DNA from: Clostridia bacterium
Lineage (GTDB): Bacteria > Bacillota > Clostridia > TANB77 > CAG-508
Direction: 5' to 3'
NCBI GenBank assembly: GCA_022791675.1
Contig: JAAVZN010000002.1
Span: 1 to 40,000, forward strand
Length of the DNA: 40,000 bases
Shown: positions 25,829 to 35,635 of the stretch, one piece after another
Layout of the letters: each line of letters starts with the position of its first letter
Position numbering within the stretch: the stretch's first letter is position 1
Notes under the pieces: model-generated
What the model was told of the DNA's origin: nothing
What the model saw: only the letters and a program-made list of their open reading frames with translations
Databases searched by the model: none
Program-made: the position numbers and the translations under genes

Positions 25829-27688
25829 ATGAAGACGATACAAGAACTACATCAAATAAGAGAGAGGAAAAGAAAAGAACTAGATTTAAGAGTAAATACA
25901 AAGTCAGATACAAGAGAAAAACATATTTTAGTATGTCAAGGAACAGGTTGTACCTCATCAAAATCACCAGAGATTTTGGAAACTTTTAAGAGATTGATTA
26001 AGGAAAACGGAATTGAAAATGTAAGGGTAATTAAAACAGGTTGTTTTGGGTTATGTGCAAAAGGCCCTATTGTTATTATTCGACCAGAAGATACTTTTTA
26101 TGCTATGGTAAAACCAGAGGATTGTGAAGAAATTATTAAGACACATATAATGGAAGGAAATCAAGTCGAAAGGTTGTTGGCTAAAGATATTGATGGAACT
26201 AAAGTACATAGTTTAGATGATTTGAATTTTTATAAAAAGCAAAAGAGAATTGCTTTAAAAAATTGTGGTATGATTGATCCAGAACAGATTGATGAATATA
26301 TTGCTTTTGATGGTTATTTGGCATTGGAGAAAGTAGTAACTGAAATGTCACAAGATGAAGTGATAGAAGAAATTAAGAAATCAGGTATTCGTGGTAGAGG
26401 TGGAGCAGGTTTTCCAACAGGAAAGAAGTGGGAACTGACAAAAGCGTCTGAAGGAGAACAAAAATATGTGGTTTGTAATGCCGATGAAGGAGATCCAGGG
26501 GCTTTTATGGATCGAAGTATTTTGGAAGGGGATCCACATTCTGTGTTAGAAGCAATGGAAATTGCTGGTTATTGTATAGGGGCCAATAAAGGATATATTT
26601 ATGTGAGAGCAGAATATCCGATCGCTGTGAAACGTTTGCAAATTGCAATTGATCAGGCAAGAGAATATGGTATATTGGGAAAGAATATTTTTGATACGAA
26701 TTTTGATTTTGATATTGAAATTAGATTAGGTGCAGGAGCTTTTGTTTGTGGGGAAGAAACTGCTTTGCTAGAATCCATAGAAGGAAAACGTGGTCAACCA
26801 CGTGTTAAACCACCTTATCCTGCTACTGCTGGTTTGTGGGGGAAACCTACTTTAATTAATAATGTGGAAACCTATGCTAATATTGCTCAAATTATTTTAA
26901 AAGGAAGTGAGTGGTATTCTTCTATTGGAACAGAACATTCAAAAGGAACAAAAGTATTTGCATTAGGTGGAAATGTTAATAATATAGGACTTGTGGAGGT
27001 ACCAATGGGTACAACTTTAAGGGAAATTGTTTATGACATTGGTGGTGGAATTCCAAATGGTCGAGATTTTAAAGCAGCTCAAACAGGAGGTCCTTCTGGT
27101 GGCTGTATTCCAAAAGAACATTTGGATACGCCAATTGATTATGAGTCTTTAAAAGAAATTGGTTCTATGATGGGATCAGGTGGTCTGATTGTAATGGACG
27201 ATACAAAGTGTATGGTTTCTCTTGCTAAATTTTATTTAGAATTTACGGTAAGTGAGAGTTGTGGTAAATGTACGCCTTGTCGTATAGGAACCAAGAGAAT
27301 GCATGAAATACTAGAAAAATTGTGCAATGGGGAAGGAACCGAATTAGATATTTATAAACTTGAAAAGTTGGCTATGAATATTCAAAAGTCAAGTATTTGT
27401 GGTTTAGGACAAAGTGCCCCTAATCCAGTTATTAGCACTTTAAAATATTTTAAAGATGAATTTAAGGAACATGCGATTGATAAGAATTGTAGAGCATTGG
27501 AATGTAAAGCTATGTCTAAAATTACAATTCGTGAAGATAAGTGCAAAGGTTGTGGCTTATGTCAAAAATCTTGCCCTGTTAATGCAATCGAAGGGGAAGC
27601 AAGAGAAAAAAGAGTGATTAACCAAGAAAAGTGTATTAAGTGTGGTACTTGTTTGGCAAGTTGTCCATTTAAGGCAATTGGAAATTAA
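25829..27688 (+). CDS. hydB: NuoF-like NAD(P)H-binding FMN/Fe-S subunit of [FeFe]-hydrogenase (HydB)
   Basis: It has GIRGRGGAGFPTGKKW, CNADEGDPGAF, ESCGKCTPCR and two C-terminal ferredoxin CxxCxxCxxxCP motifs. The ATG at 25829 follows the RBS aaaaggagga. Confidence 0.92.
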   Translation: MKTIQELHQIRERKRKELDLRVNTKSDTREKHILVCQGTGCTSSKSPEILETFKRLIKENGIENVRVIKTGCFGLCAKGPIVIIRPEDTFYAMVKPEDCEEIIKTHIMEGNQVERLLAKDIDGTKVHSLDDLNFYKKQKRIALKNCGMIDPEQIDEYIAFDGYLALEKVVTEMSQDEVIEEIKKSGIRGRGGAGFPTGKKWELTKASEGEQKYVVCNADEGDPGAFMDRSILEGDPHSVLEAMEIAGYCIGANKGYIYVRAEYPIAVKRLQIAIDQAREYGILGKNIFDTNFDFDIEIRLGAGAFVCGEETALLESIEGKRGQPRVKPPYPATAGLWGKPTLINNVETYANIAQIILKGSEWYSSIGTEHSKGTKVFALGGNVNNIGLVEVPMGTTLREIVYDIGGGIPNGRDFKAAQTGGPSGGCIPKEHLDTPIDYESLKEIGSMMGSGGLIVMDDTKCMVSLAKFYLEFTVSESCGKCTPCRIGTKRMHEILEKLCNGEGTELDIYKLEKLAMNIQKSSICGLGQSAPNPVISTLKYFKDEFKEHAIDKNCRALECKAMSKITIREDKCKGCGLCQKSCPVNAIEGEAREKRVINQEKCIKCGTCLASCPFKAIGN

Positions 27689-27745
27689 TCCTTGATATGG
27701 ATTATGAGGATTGATAAAAAGGAATAACCAAGAAAGGTGAAATAG

Positions 27746-29065
27746 ATGTCAGAAATAAAATTAGAAGATATAAAAAGTTTTTCCAAACAATACAACAGTA
27801 ATCCGATGAACAAAGTAATTCAAAATGCGATTACAAATAACGGACTAGAAAAAGCCTGTTTAAATCGAGATATTTTAAAAGAAAATCAGCCTATATTTAA
27901 TATAGAACTTCCAGAAGGGAAACGACTGGATCAAGAATCAAGTTGCAAATGTTGGATTTATGCTGGAATTAATATGATTAAGAAAAATATTGCAGATAAT
28001 CTTAATCTAGCATTAAATGAAATAAATTTATCAGATAATTATATTGCTTTTTTTGATAAATTAGAAAAATCAAATAATTTTTATGAAACAGTCATACATG
28101 AAAAAGATGTAAGTATGCAAAATTTGAACCAATTAAATTTATTCAAATTCCCAGTTTCAGAAGGCGGATATTGGGAATGGTTTGTTACAATTGTTTGTAA
28201 ATATGGAATTGTACCATTATCTTGCATGCCTAATACAGAGCCTAGTATGAAATCTATGGCAATGCAGGAGCTATATACAGAAAAAGTTAAAAAAGATGTA
28301 TTAGAACTCATTAGATTGAAAGAAAAAAGTACGCCAATAGAAGAACTAGAAAATAGTAGAAACAAGTATTTACAAGAAAATTACGAAATGTTAGCTAAAA
28401 TGTTGGGAGAGCCACCTGCTAATATTTGTTACGAATACAAAGATAAACAAGAAAAATATCAAAAAATTACGAATATAACGCCAATTCAGTTTAAAGACAA
28501 ATACCTTACTATTTCTTTAGAAGATTTTGTTTCAATTGGTAATGTCCCAATGTATAATAAATCTTATGAAAAATACTATCGAAAAAAATATTTAGGAAAT
28601 GTTTATGGTAAAAGTAGTGTAGAATTTTTGAATTTACCAATAGAAGAATTAAAAGAATTAGTAATCAAACAACTAAAAGAAGGTATACCAGTATGGCTAG
28701 CAGGTCATATTATGAAAGCAAGAGATGTTAAATCAGGTGTTTTAGATACAAGACTTTATAATTATGAACAAACCATGAATTTAAAAAGATTATCAAAAGA
28801 GGAAGCTTTAAATACGAGGGATATTTCTAGTCATCATGCTATGATATTTAGTGGTGTTAATTTAAAAGATAATAAACCAGAAAGATGGAAAATAGAAGAC
28901 AGTTATGGTGATAAGAACAAAGTAAATGGGTGTTATATTATGAATGATAATTTTTTTGAAGATTTTGTCATGCTAATTGTTGTTCACAAAAAATATTTGT
29001 CAGAAAGACAATTGAAATTGTTAGAACAAGAACCGATTGATTTTCAAATTGATGATCCAATATAA
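27746..29065 (+). CDS. pepC: Aminopeptidase C (C1-family cysteine peptidase, bleomycin-hydrolase-like)
   Basis: The length is 439 aa. The active-site region is QESSCKCWIYAGINM, the C-terminal part reads HHAMIFSGV..WKIEDSYG, and the architecture fits PepC. Confidence 0.88.
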   Translation: MSEIKLEDIKSFSKQYNSNPMNKVIQNAITNNGLEKACLNRDILKENQPIFNIELPEGKRLDQESSCKCWIYAGINMIKKNIADNLNLALNEINLSDNYIAFFDKLEKSNNFYETVIHEKDVSMQNLNQLNLFKFPVSEGGYWEWFVTIVCKYGIVPLSCMPNTEPSMKSMAMQELYTEKVKKDVLELIRLKEKSTPIEELENSRNKYLQENYEMLAKMLGEPPANICYEYKDKQEKYQKITNITPIQFKDKYLTISLEDFVSIGNVPMYNKSYEKYYRKKYLGNVYGKSSVEFLNLPIEELKELVIKQLKEGIPVWLAGHIMKARDVKSGVLDTRLYNYEQTMNLKRLSKEEALNTRDISSHHAMIFSGVNLKDNKPERWKIEDSYGDKNKVNGCYIMNDNFFEDFVMLIVVHKKYLSERQLKLLEQEPIDFQIDDPI

Positions 29066-29080
29066 AAGGAGGAGGTAAAT

Positions 29081-30838
29081 ATGAACGAGGAATTTGTAAC
29101 CTTAACGATAGATGATCAAGAAGTAAAGGCAAAAAAAGGAAGCACTATTTTGCAAGCAGCAAAACAAGCAGGAATTGATATTCCAACCCTTTGTTTTTTG
29201 AAAGAAATCAACGAAGTAGGGGACTGTCGAATGTGCATTGTAGAAGTAGAGGGAAGAAGAGGTTTTGCTACATCGTGTATCCAAAAAGTAGAAGAGGGAA
29301 TGGTAGTTCATACCAATACGCAAAATGTGTTAGAAGCAAGACATGTTATATTAGATTTAATTATATCCAATCATGCCAAAGATTGTTTAACTTGTACACG
29401 TTCAGGAAATTGTGAATTACAAGCTTTAGCGACTAAATTTAATATTTCTAAAGTAGAATTTGAAGGAACAAGAATGAAGCATCAAATTGATGATTTGTCA
29501 CCATCAATTGTAAGAGATTTTAATAAATGTATTTTGTGTAGAAGATGTGTAGCAGTCTGTAAAAATGTACAAAAAATAGGAGCAATTGATTGTATTAATC
29601 GCGGATTTGATTCTTGTATTTCAACGGTAGGGGATCATAGTTTAAATGATGTTAATTGTACTTTTTGTGGTCAATGTATTGAAGCTTGTCCAACAGGTGC
29701 TTTGCATGAAAAAGAAACCATTGACGAGGTTTGGGTTAAATTAAAAGATCCTGACAGTTATGTGATTGTGCAAACTGCTCCTGCTGTTAGAGTGGCTTTG
29801 GGAGAAGAATTTGATATGTCAATTGGTACGAATGTAACTGGTAAAATGGTAACAGCACTTAAACGATTAGGGTTTAACAAAGTTTTTGATACCAATACAG
29901 GTGCAGATTTTACTATTATGGAAGAAGCAAATGAGTTTATTCAAAGATTTACCAACAATGAGCATCTTCCAATGATTACTTCTTGTAGTCCTGGCTGGGT
30001 AAAATATATTGAAATGAATGAGCCAGAGTTGTTGCCACATTTATCTACTTGTAAGTCACCACACCAAATGTTTGGGGCATTATTAAAAACATATTATGCC
30101 AAAAAAGAAGGAATTGATCCTAATAAAATTTATGTGGTTTCTGTTATGCCATGTATTGCTAAAAAATTTGAACGACAGAGAGAAGAAATGAAAAATGATG
30201 AACTTTGTGATGTCGATAATGTTATTACAACTCGTGAACTTTCTAGAATGATCAAACAAGCCAATATTGAATTTACCAAATTGGAAGATAGTGAATTTGA
30301 TCAACCAATGGGAGAAGCAACGGGTGCAGGAGCTATTTTTGGAACAACTGGTGGCGTTATGGAAGCAGCTCTTCGTACCGCACAAGACACCTTAACAGGA
30401 GAAGATCTAGAAAAGATTAACTTTGAAGAGGTACGTGGTGGTGAAGCAATTAAAAAAGCAACGGTAAAAATTGCAGGAAAAGAAATTAAAGTTGTTGCTA
30501 CAAGTGGATTGGCAAATGCAAAGCAAATCCTAGAAGAAATAAAAACGGGAAAGGCGGATTATCAATTTGTAGAAATTATGGCATGTCCTGGTGGCTGTGT
30601 TATGGGTGGTGGTCAACCAATTAAAAGTGCCAAGATTCGTTCAGAAGTTGATGTTAGAAAATTAAGAGCAGATGGTTTGTATTCTATTGATGAAAAAAGT
30701 CACATTCGAAAATCCCACCAAAATCCTGTCGTTAAAAAGATTTATGACGAGTTTTTGGAAAAACCAGGAAGCCATATAGCAGAAAAATTATTACATACAA
30801 CTTATCAAAAAAGAGAAAAATATTCTATTGAAACATAA
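29081..30838 (+). CDS. hydA: [FeFe]-hydrogenase catalytic subunit (HydA, multi-cluster N-terminus)
   Basis: It has an N-terminal 2Fe-2S ferredoxin fold and 4Fe-4S motifs. The H-cluster signatures are TSCSPGW, MPCIAKKFE and EIMACPGGCVMGGGQP. Confidence 0.95.
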   Translation: MNEEFVTLTIDDQEVKAKKGSTILQAAKQAGIDIPTLCFLKEINEVGDCRMCIVEVEGRRGFATSCIQKVEEGMVVHTNTQNVLEARHVILDLIISNHAKDCLTCTRSGNCELQALATKFNISKVEFEGTRMKHQIDDLSPSIVRDFNKCILCRRCVAVCKNVQKIGAIDCINRGFDSCISTVGDHSLNDVNCTFCGQCIEACPTGALHEKETIDEVWVKLKDPDSYVIVQTAPAVRVALGEEFDMSIGTNVTGKMVTALKRLGFNKVFDTNTGADFTIMEEANEFIQRFTNNEHLPMITSCSPGWVKYIEMNEPELLPHLSTCKSPHQMFGALLKTYYAKKEGIDPNKIYVVSVMPCIAKKFERQREEMKNDELCDVDNVITTRELSRMIKQANIEFTKLEDSEFDQPMGEATGAGAIFGTTGGVMEAALRTAQDTLTGEDLEKINFEEVRGGEAIKKATVKIAGKEIKVVATSGLANAKQILEEIKTGKADYQFVEIMACPGGCVMGGGQPIKSAKIRSEVDVRKLRADGLYSIDEKSHIRKSHQNPVVKKIYDEFLEKPGSHIAEKLLHTTYQKREKYSIET

Positions 30839-30895
30839 ATGGAAAAAAGAAAATAAAGTCAACTCTATTGTAAATAAAGAAATGTTTTAAAAGGT

Positions 30896-30928
30896 AAAAC
30901 GGAGAATGCATTTGCAATCTCCGTTTTT
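30896..30928. terminator. Bidirectional intrinsic terminator (hydA / PLC-like gene)
   Basis: The arm aaaacggaga pairs with tctccgtttt, with an inner tgca/tgca extension. T and A runs lie on either side. Confidence 0.75.
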
Positions 30929-30944
30929 GGTATCAATTTTCTTT

Positions 30945-31589
30945 TCAAATTTCTTCTGCAATAAACTTTTCTGAAATGTTAGACATAGATGTCCAAAGCC
31001 GATTGTAATCTAATGCCTTACCAGTATAGGGTGTATCTTTGGACAAATAACTTTCTAACTCTTCTTTCCATGTTTTTTCTCTTCTTTTATCAAAAATTGG
31101 AATTCCTGTATGGGGAAGAGTATCTGGTAAAAGTTCAATTGTTTCTTTTCTTATATGACCATCTTGAAGTAACAGTTTGTTGATTTCGCTATAGCTATTA
31201 TAAAGGATACCTCCTTCTGCGGGTTTGGCGAAAAACTGCTCAACACTCCAAGAATGGCCATTCCTTGGGTTAATGACCATCATATTATCTCGATCCCAAA
31301 TAAATTCAGGAATAAGATAAGTTTCAATGAAATGATAATCAAGATATAAATGGCAATACATTCCTAATTTTAAGGAATTAGATTTGTCATATAATTCTTC
31401 TTTTACCATTTCCATATTAGGAACGACGAAGCCTTGAACAGAAGCTGGCATTCTAAAATGAGATGCCTTTTTATCCAGAACTAAATCTGGAAGCAAGTTC
31501 CCTGCAAAGAATTCTACTTTGTTTATAGGTTCTTGTAAATGCCGACAAACTTCTTCGGCAAATGATAAATGATACATAATACCAGGCAT
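30945..31589 (-). CDS. Zinc-dependent phospholipase C-like family protein (hypothetical)
   Basis: The start MPGIMYHLSFAEEV..FFAGNLLPDL..HLYLDYHF resembles the small bacterial PLC-like/His-rich family. It contains two in-frame CGG codons (31544-31542 and 31001-30999). Confidence 0.7.
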   Translation of the reverse strand: MPGIMYHLSFAEEVCRHLQEPINKVEFFAGNLLPDLVLDKKASHFRMPASVQGFVVPNMEMVKEELYDKSNSLKLGMYCHLYLDYHFIETYLIPEFIWDRDNMMVINPRNGHSWSVEQFFAKPAEGGILYNSYSEINKLLLQDGHIRKETIELLPDTLPHTGIPIFDKRREKTWKEELESYLSKDTPYTGKALDYNRLWTSMSNISEKFIAEEI

Positions 31590-31713
31590 AATATACCTCC
31601 TTTAATGAATACATGTGAATGTTTACATTTGTATTATAGTATAAGATGCGTTCTTATGTCAAGTAAAAAAATATGAACTTATCGAGGATAATTTTGTAAA
31701 TAACAAAAACTCA

Positions 31714-31742
31714 TTGACAGTATAAGTTTGTTTTTATATAAT
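31714..31742 (+). promoter_or_regulatory. Perfect-consensus sigma-A promoter
   Basis: TTGACA (31714-31719), exactly 17 nt of spacer, then TATAAT (31737-31742). Confidence 0.7.
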
Positions 31743-31814
31743 AAACCTGCAAAAATAAAGACGTACATATTTAAAGAAAAAATGAGAATAATAAACAAAA
31801 GAAGGGAAGATTGT

Positions 31815-33158
31815 ATGAGAAAAGAAGAAAAGGGAATTACACTAATAGCACTAATTATCACAATTATTGTATTATTAATTTTAGCAGGAATCAGTATGGC
31901 AACACTAACAGGAGAAAATGGAATCTTAAAAAAAGCAGATAAAGCAAGAGAAACTACCAATGAAGCAGGAGCCAAAGAAAAAGTGCAAATAGCAGTAATG
32001 GGAAGCTTTGGAACAGAAAGAAAAATTGATATTGATACATTAAATCAACAGTTAAACAAAGTAGAAGGAATAGACAAAGAAAATTCAAATCTTCCGATTG
32101 AAAATTTACCAGCAACAGTAATTGTGGATCATTACAATGTGAAGATAGAGGAAAATGGGGTTGTTACGATAGAAGGAGAAAAAAGAGAAACATTACCATC
32201 AACAGCAGATACAAAGCCATTTTTACCAGAAGGAGCAGAAAAAATAGAAGATACCGATTTGGATACAGGGTTAGTTATAAAAGATAAGAATGAGAATGAA
32301 TGGGTATGGGTAGAAGTGCCAAAATCAATCTATACCAATACGGCTTATAACGCAGGAAGCGCGCCAACTAGTTCAGAAGATTATGGAAAAATAGAAAGTG
32401 TGATGCAAAGTTATGCAAGTGCTTATCGAAAAAGTGGTTATTCGGATACTTTTTATTCAGTAGGTCAACATGGATTTGAAAGCGCAACAGAATACAATAA
32501 CCATAAGAACGCCATGTTAAAAAGTGTTTATGAAAAGGGTGGATTCTATGTAGGAAGATATGAAACTGGAACAGCAACACCAAGATTTTCAGCTTTAGAT
32601 ACTTTAGAAACACCAGTAATCCAAAGAGATGCTTATCCCTATACTTTTATTACATGTAGTCAATCTCAATCCAAAGCAAAAGAATTTTCTACAGGAGGAA
32701 AACAAGCAAGTTTATTGTTTGGAATTCAATGGGATTTGATACTAAAATATATAGAAGTAAAAGGAGCAAAAACACCATCTGAGTTAAAAACTAATTCAAG
32801 TAGTTGGGGGAATTATAGCAATATCACATTTGAAATAACACGAGGACAGTATTCAACAGCTCCCAGTACTTCTGGTTCTTGGAAATTAGTAAGTGAAATA
32901 GAACGCTATGTAAAACCAGCTTCTGCTGTTTTATTAACAACAGGAGCAACAGAGAAAAATAGTGTACTTGAAATTTATGATTTAGCAGGGAATTTATATG
33001 AATGGACATTAGAAAAAACACCAGATACTCAGAAACCATGTACTTTTAGAGGAGGATTTTATTTTTATACAGGCTCTGGAAGTCCTGCTTCCAGTCGTTA
33101 TAACTATGCTATTTCCCATAATGGAGATGGTGTTGGTTTCCGAGTTACTTTGTGGTAA
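31815..33158 (+). CDS. Protein with a pilin-like N-terminal hydrophobic leader and a C-terminal FGE-sulfatase (SUMF1-like) domain
   Basis: The N-terminus is MRKEEKGITLIALIITIIVLLILAGI. The C-terminal part has GGFYVGRYETG.., DLAGNLYEWTLE, RGGFYF and GVGFRVTLW, typical FGE-sulfatase domain motifs. Confidence 0.85.
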   Translation: MRKEEKGITLIALIITIIVLLILAGISMATLTGENGILKKADKARETTNEAGAKEKVQIAVMGSFGTERKIDIDTLNQQLNKVEGIDKENSNLPIENLPATVIVDHYNVKIEENGVVTIEGEKRETLPSTADTKPFLPEGAEKIEDTDLDTGLVIKDKNENEWVWVEVPKSIYTNTAYNAGSAPTSSEDYGKIESVMQSYASAYRKSGYSDTFYSVGQHGFESATEYNNHKNAMLKSVYEKGGFYVGRYETGTATPRFSALDTLETPVIQRDAYPYTFITCSQSQSKAKEFSTGGKQASLLFGIQWDLILKYIEVKGAKTPSELKTNSSSWGNYSNITFEITRGQYSTAPSTSGSWKLVSEIERYVKPASAVLLTTGATEKNSVLEIYDLAGNLYEWTLEKTPDTQKPCTFRGGFYFYTGSGSPASSRYNYAISHNGDGVGFRVTLW

Positions 33159-33266
33159 ATAATAATACTGTATCGAATTGCTAAGAAATAAAATAATGAC
33201 AAAAATTAAAGAAATCTATTGCAAAATCAAGAAAAATATAGTATATTTTTCGAAGAGGTGCAAAAA

Positions 33267-33365
33267 ATGACAAAAAAAGAAAAAAACCAACAAATAAATA
33301 CGAAAAATGTCACAGTTCAACCAACTGTTGTTTTTGCATTTGAATTATATTTTAATACGGATTAA
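33267..33365 (+). CDS. Candidate 32-aa leader peptide upstream of the uracil permease-Upp gene
   Basis: An RBS (gaagaggtg) lies 7 nt before the ATG at 33267. The product is MTKKEKNQQINTKNVTVQPTVVFAFELYFNTD and ends 6 nt before the terminator hairpin. Coding status is uncertain. Confidence 0.3.
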   Translation: MTKKEKNQQINTKNVTVQPTVVFAFELYFNTD

Positions 33366-33371
33366 ATAGAA

Positions 33372-33406
33372 AGATATTGATTTTTATAAAATTAATATCT
33401 TTTTTG
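33372..33406 (+). terminator. Intrinsic terminator/attenuator in the 5' leader of the uracil permease-Upp gene
   Basis: The arm agatattgatttt pairs with aaaattaatatct (13 bp including one G-U), followed by ttttt. It lies 33 nt upstream of the start codon. Confidence 0.6.
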
Positions 33407-33438
33407 AAAATTCGTTGAAAATAAAAGGAGGAATAAAA

Positions 33439-35493
33439 ATGGAGCAAGAAAAACTATTATTTGATGTACACGAAAAACCAAAACTAAGCAAATGGATTAT
33501 TTTAGCAATTCAACATGTTTTTGCCATGTTTGGAGCAACTATTTTGGTACCGATTTTAGTAAATAGTTCTGCGGGAGAAACGGTACTTACCATACCAGTA
33601 GCATTAGTCTCATCAGGAATCGGAACACTCATTTATATTTTATGTACAAAAGGAAAATCACCTGTGTATTTAGGGAGTTCGTTTGCTTTTATTGCACCAT
33701 TGGTAGCAGGATTTCTAAAAGGTGGAACAGCAGGAGCCATGACAGGAATCATGGCAGTAGGATTTATTTATATCATATTTGCCATGCTCATTAAACTAAT
33801 TGGAAAAAATTGGATTACTCAATTATTACCACCGATTGTAATCGGTCCCATGATTATGATTATTGGATTAGGATTAGCACCAAGTGCCATTACACAAATT
33901 GGACTAGGAACAGGAACGGAAGTTGAATGGAGAGGAGTAGCAGTTGCTCTTATTACTTTTTTGACAACAGCAATTGTTATGGTAAAAGGAAAAGGTTTTA
34001 TAAAAATTATTCCATTTTTAATTGGGATTTTAACAGGATATCTTTCCGCTATTTGTTTTGGGCTAGTTGATTTTTCACCAGTGGCCGAAGCCTCATTTTT
34101 TAGTTTGCCAAACTTCATGATACCATTTGTAAATTACACACCGAATTTGACAGCATTACTAACGATTGCACCAATTGCTTTTGTAACTATGTGTGAACAT
34201 ATTGGAGATCATACTGCGTTGAGTACAATCATCGGAAAAGACTTATTAAAAAATCCTGGATTAGACAAAACTTTATTAGGAGATGGTATTGCTACTTTTG
34301 TAGCAGGATTTTTGGGAGGACCTGCTAATACCACTTATGGAGAAAACACATCTGTGGTAGGAATGACAAAAATAGCATCTGTTTGGGTGATAGGATTAGC
34401 TGGAATTTTTGCAATCTGCCTAGGATTTTTAGGAAAGTTCACAGCTCTTGTATCAACTATTCCCAATGCCGTATTAGGTGGTGTTTCCTTATTGTTATAT
34501 GGTTTTATTGCAGTGAATGGATTAAAAGTATTAATTCAAAACCAGATTGATTTTAGTCAATCCAAAAATGTGGTAGTTGCTTCTACTATGCTTGTTTTAG
34601 GATTAGGTGGTGCAACAATTTCCTTTGTTTCTGGCGATTTATCAATAACCATATCAGGAATGAGTTTATCAGCTATCATAGGAATTTTATTAAATTTATG
34701 CTTTCCAGCAGAAAAAGAACAAACACAAAAAGATGAAAATCAACCATTAGTAAAAAAACCAGAATCAGCTATGGTTCAAGTAAAAGAACAAGAAAAATCA
34801 CTACAAGTTGTAAAAGAAGAAACATCAAATGTTAAAAAAATTGAAATGAAAGAAGGTAACAAAGATATGAAAGCAATTGTTTTAGAAAATCCATTGATTA
34901 AACATAAATTATCGATCATAAGAAATAAAAATACAGGAACCAAAGAATTTAGAGAAATTATTGGAGAAATAGCAACATTTTTATGCTATGAAGCGATGAA
35001 AGACGCTACATTAAAAGAAGTAGAAATTGAAACACCAATGGAAAAAACAAAAGCAGAAATTTTAGATGAAAATCAATATGCTTTTGTGCCTATTTTAAGA
35101 GCAGGAACAGGTATGTTAGACGGATTATTAAAAACCATACCAAATGCTAAAATAGGACATGTTGGATTGTATCGTGATGAAGAAACTTTAAAACCAGTTC
35201 GTTATTATTATAAAATGCCAAAAGATATTGCAAATAGAGAAGTAATTGTATTAGATCCCATGCTTGCAACAGGAGGTTCTGCAACAGATACCATTACCAT
35301 GTTAAAAGAAGATGGTGTGAAAAAAATCAAATTTTTATGCATTCTTTCTGCACCAGAAGGAATTCAAAAACTAGAACAACAACACCCAGATGTGCAAATC
35401 TATACAGCATCAATTGATGAAAAATTAAATGATATTGGTTATATTGTTCCAGGACTAGGTGATGCAGGTGATCGAATTTTTGGAACCAAATAA
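33439..35493 (+). CDS. upp: Uracil permease (NCS2/UraA-PyrP family) fused in frame to uracil phosphoribosyltransferase
   Basis: The N-terminal ~430 aa look like an NCS2 permease ([14 protein letters not shown]..). A K/E/Q-rich linker of ~50 aa follows. From 34867 a full Upp domain appears ([50 protein letters not shown]). There is no stop codon between the two parts. Confidence 0.9.
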   Translation: MEQEKLLFDVHEKPKLSKWIILAIQHVFAMFGATILVPILVNSSAGETVLTIPVALVSSGIGTLIYILCTKGKSPVYLGSSFAFIAPLVAGFLKGGTAGAMTGIMAVGFIYIIFAMLIKLIGKNWITQLLPPIVIGPMIMIIGLGLAPSAITQIGLGTGTEVEWRGVAVALITFLTTAIVMVKGKGFIKIIPFLIGILTGYLSAICFGLVDFSPVAEASFFSLPNFMIPFVNYTPNLTALLTIAPIAFVTMCEHIGDHTALSTIIGKDLLKNPGLDKTLLGDGIATFVAGFLGGPANTTYGENTSVVGMTKIASVWVIGLAGIFAICLGFLGKFTALVSTIPNAVLGGVSLLLYGFIAVNGLKVLIQNQIDFSQSKNVVVASTMLVLGLGGATISFVSGDLSITISGMSLSAIIGILLNLCFPAEKEQTQKDENQPLVKKPESAMVQVKEQEKSLQVVKEETSNVKKIEMKEGNKDMKAIVLENPLIKHKLSIIRNKNTGTKEFREIIGEIATFLCYEAMKDATLKEVEIETPMEKTKAEILDENQYAFVPILRAGTGMLDGLLKTIPNAKIGHVGLYRDEETLKPVRYYYKMPKDIANREVIVLDPMLATGGSATDTITMLKEDGVKKIKFLCILSAPEGIQKLEQQHPDVQIYTASIDEKLNDIGYIVPGLGDAGDRIFGTK

Positions 35494-35556
35494 CTCTTAA
35501 CATTTACCATCGAAAAGCGAAACAAAAATTTTGGAAAAAAGATTATAAAAAGAAAA

Positions 35557-35613
35557 AACCAAGATGTAATGATAAAATAAAAGGATTTTCTATGCTATCA
35601 TTATATCTTGGTT
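35557..35613. terminator. Long hairpin between convergent genes
   Basis: The arm aaccaagatgtaatgata pairs with tatcattatatcttggtt (17 of 18 pairs, 21-nt loop). Confidence 0.55.
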
Positions 35614-35635
35614 AAAATTATTTGTAATTTGTTAA

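Noticed and set aside
25780-25989. A 69-aa ORF and the N-terminal extension of the 25790 ORF at the hydC/hydB junction.
   Set aside because: The hydB start is the ATG at 25829 with an aaaaggagga RBS. The product MKTIQELHQIRE.. matches the normal NuoF-like N-terminus. The other frame gives a K/R-rich nonsense peptide.
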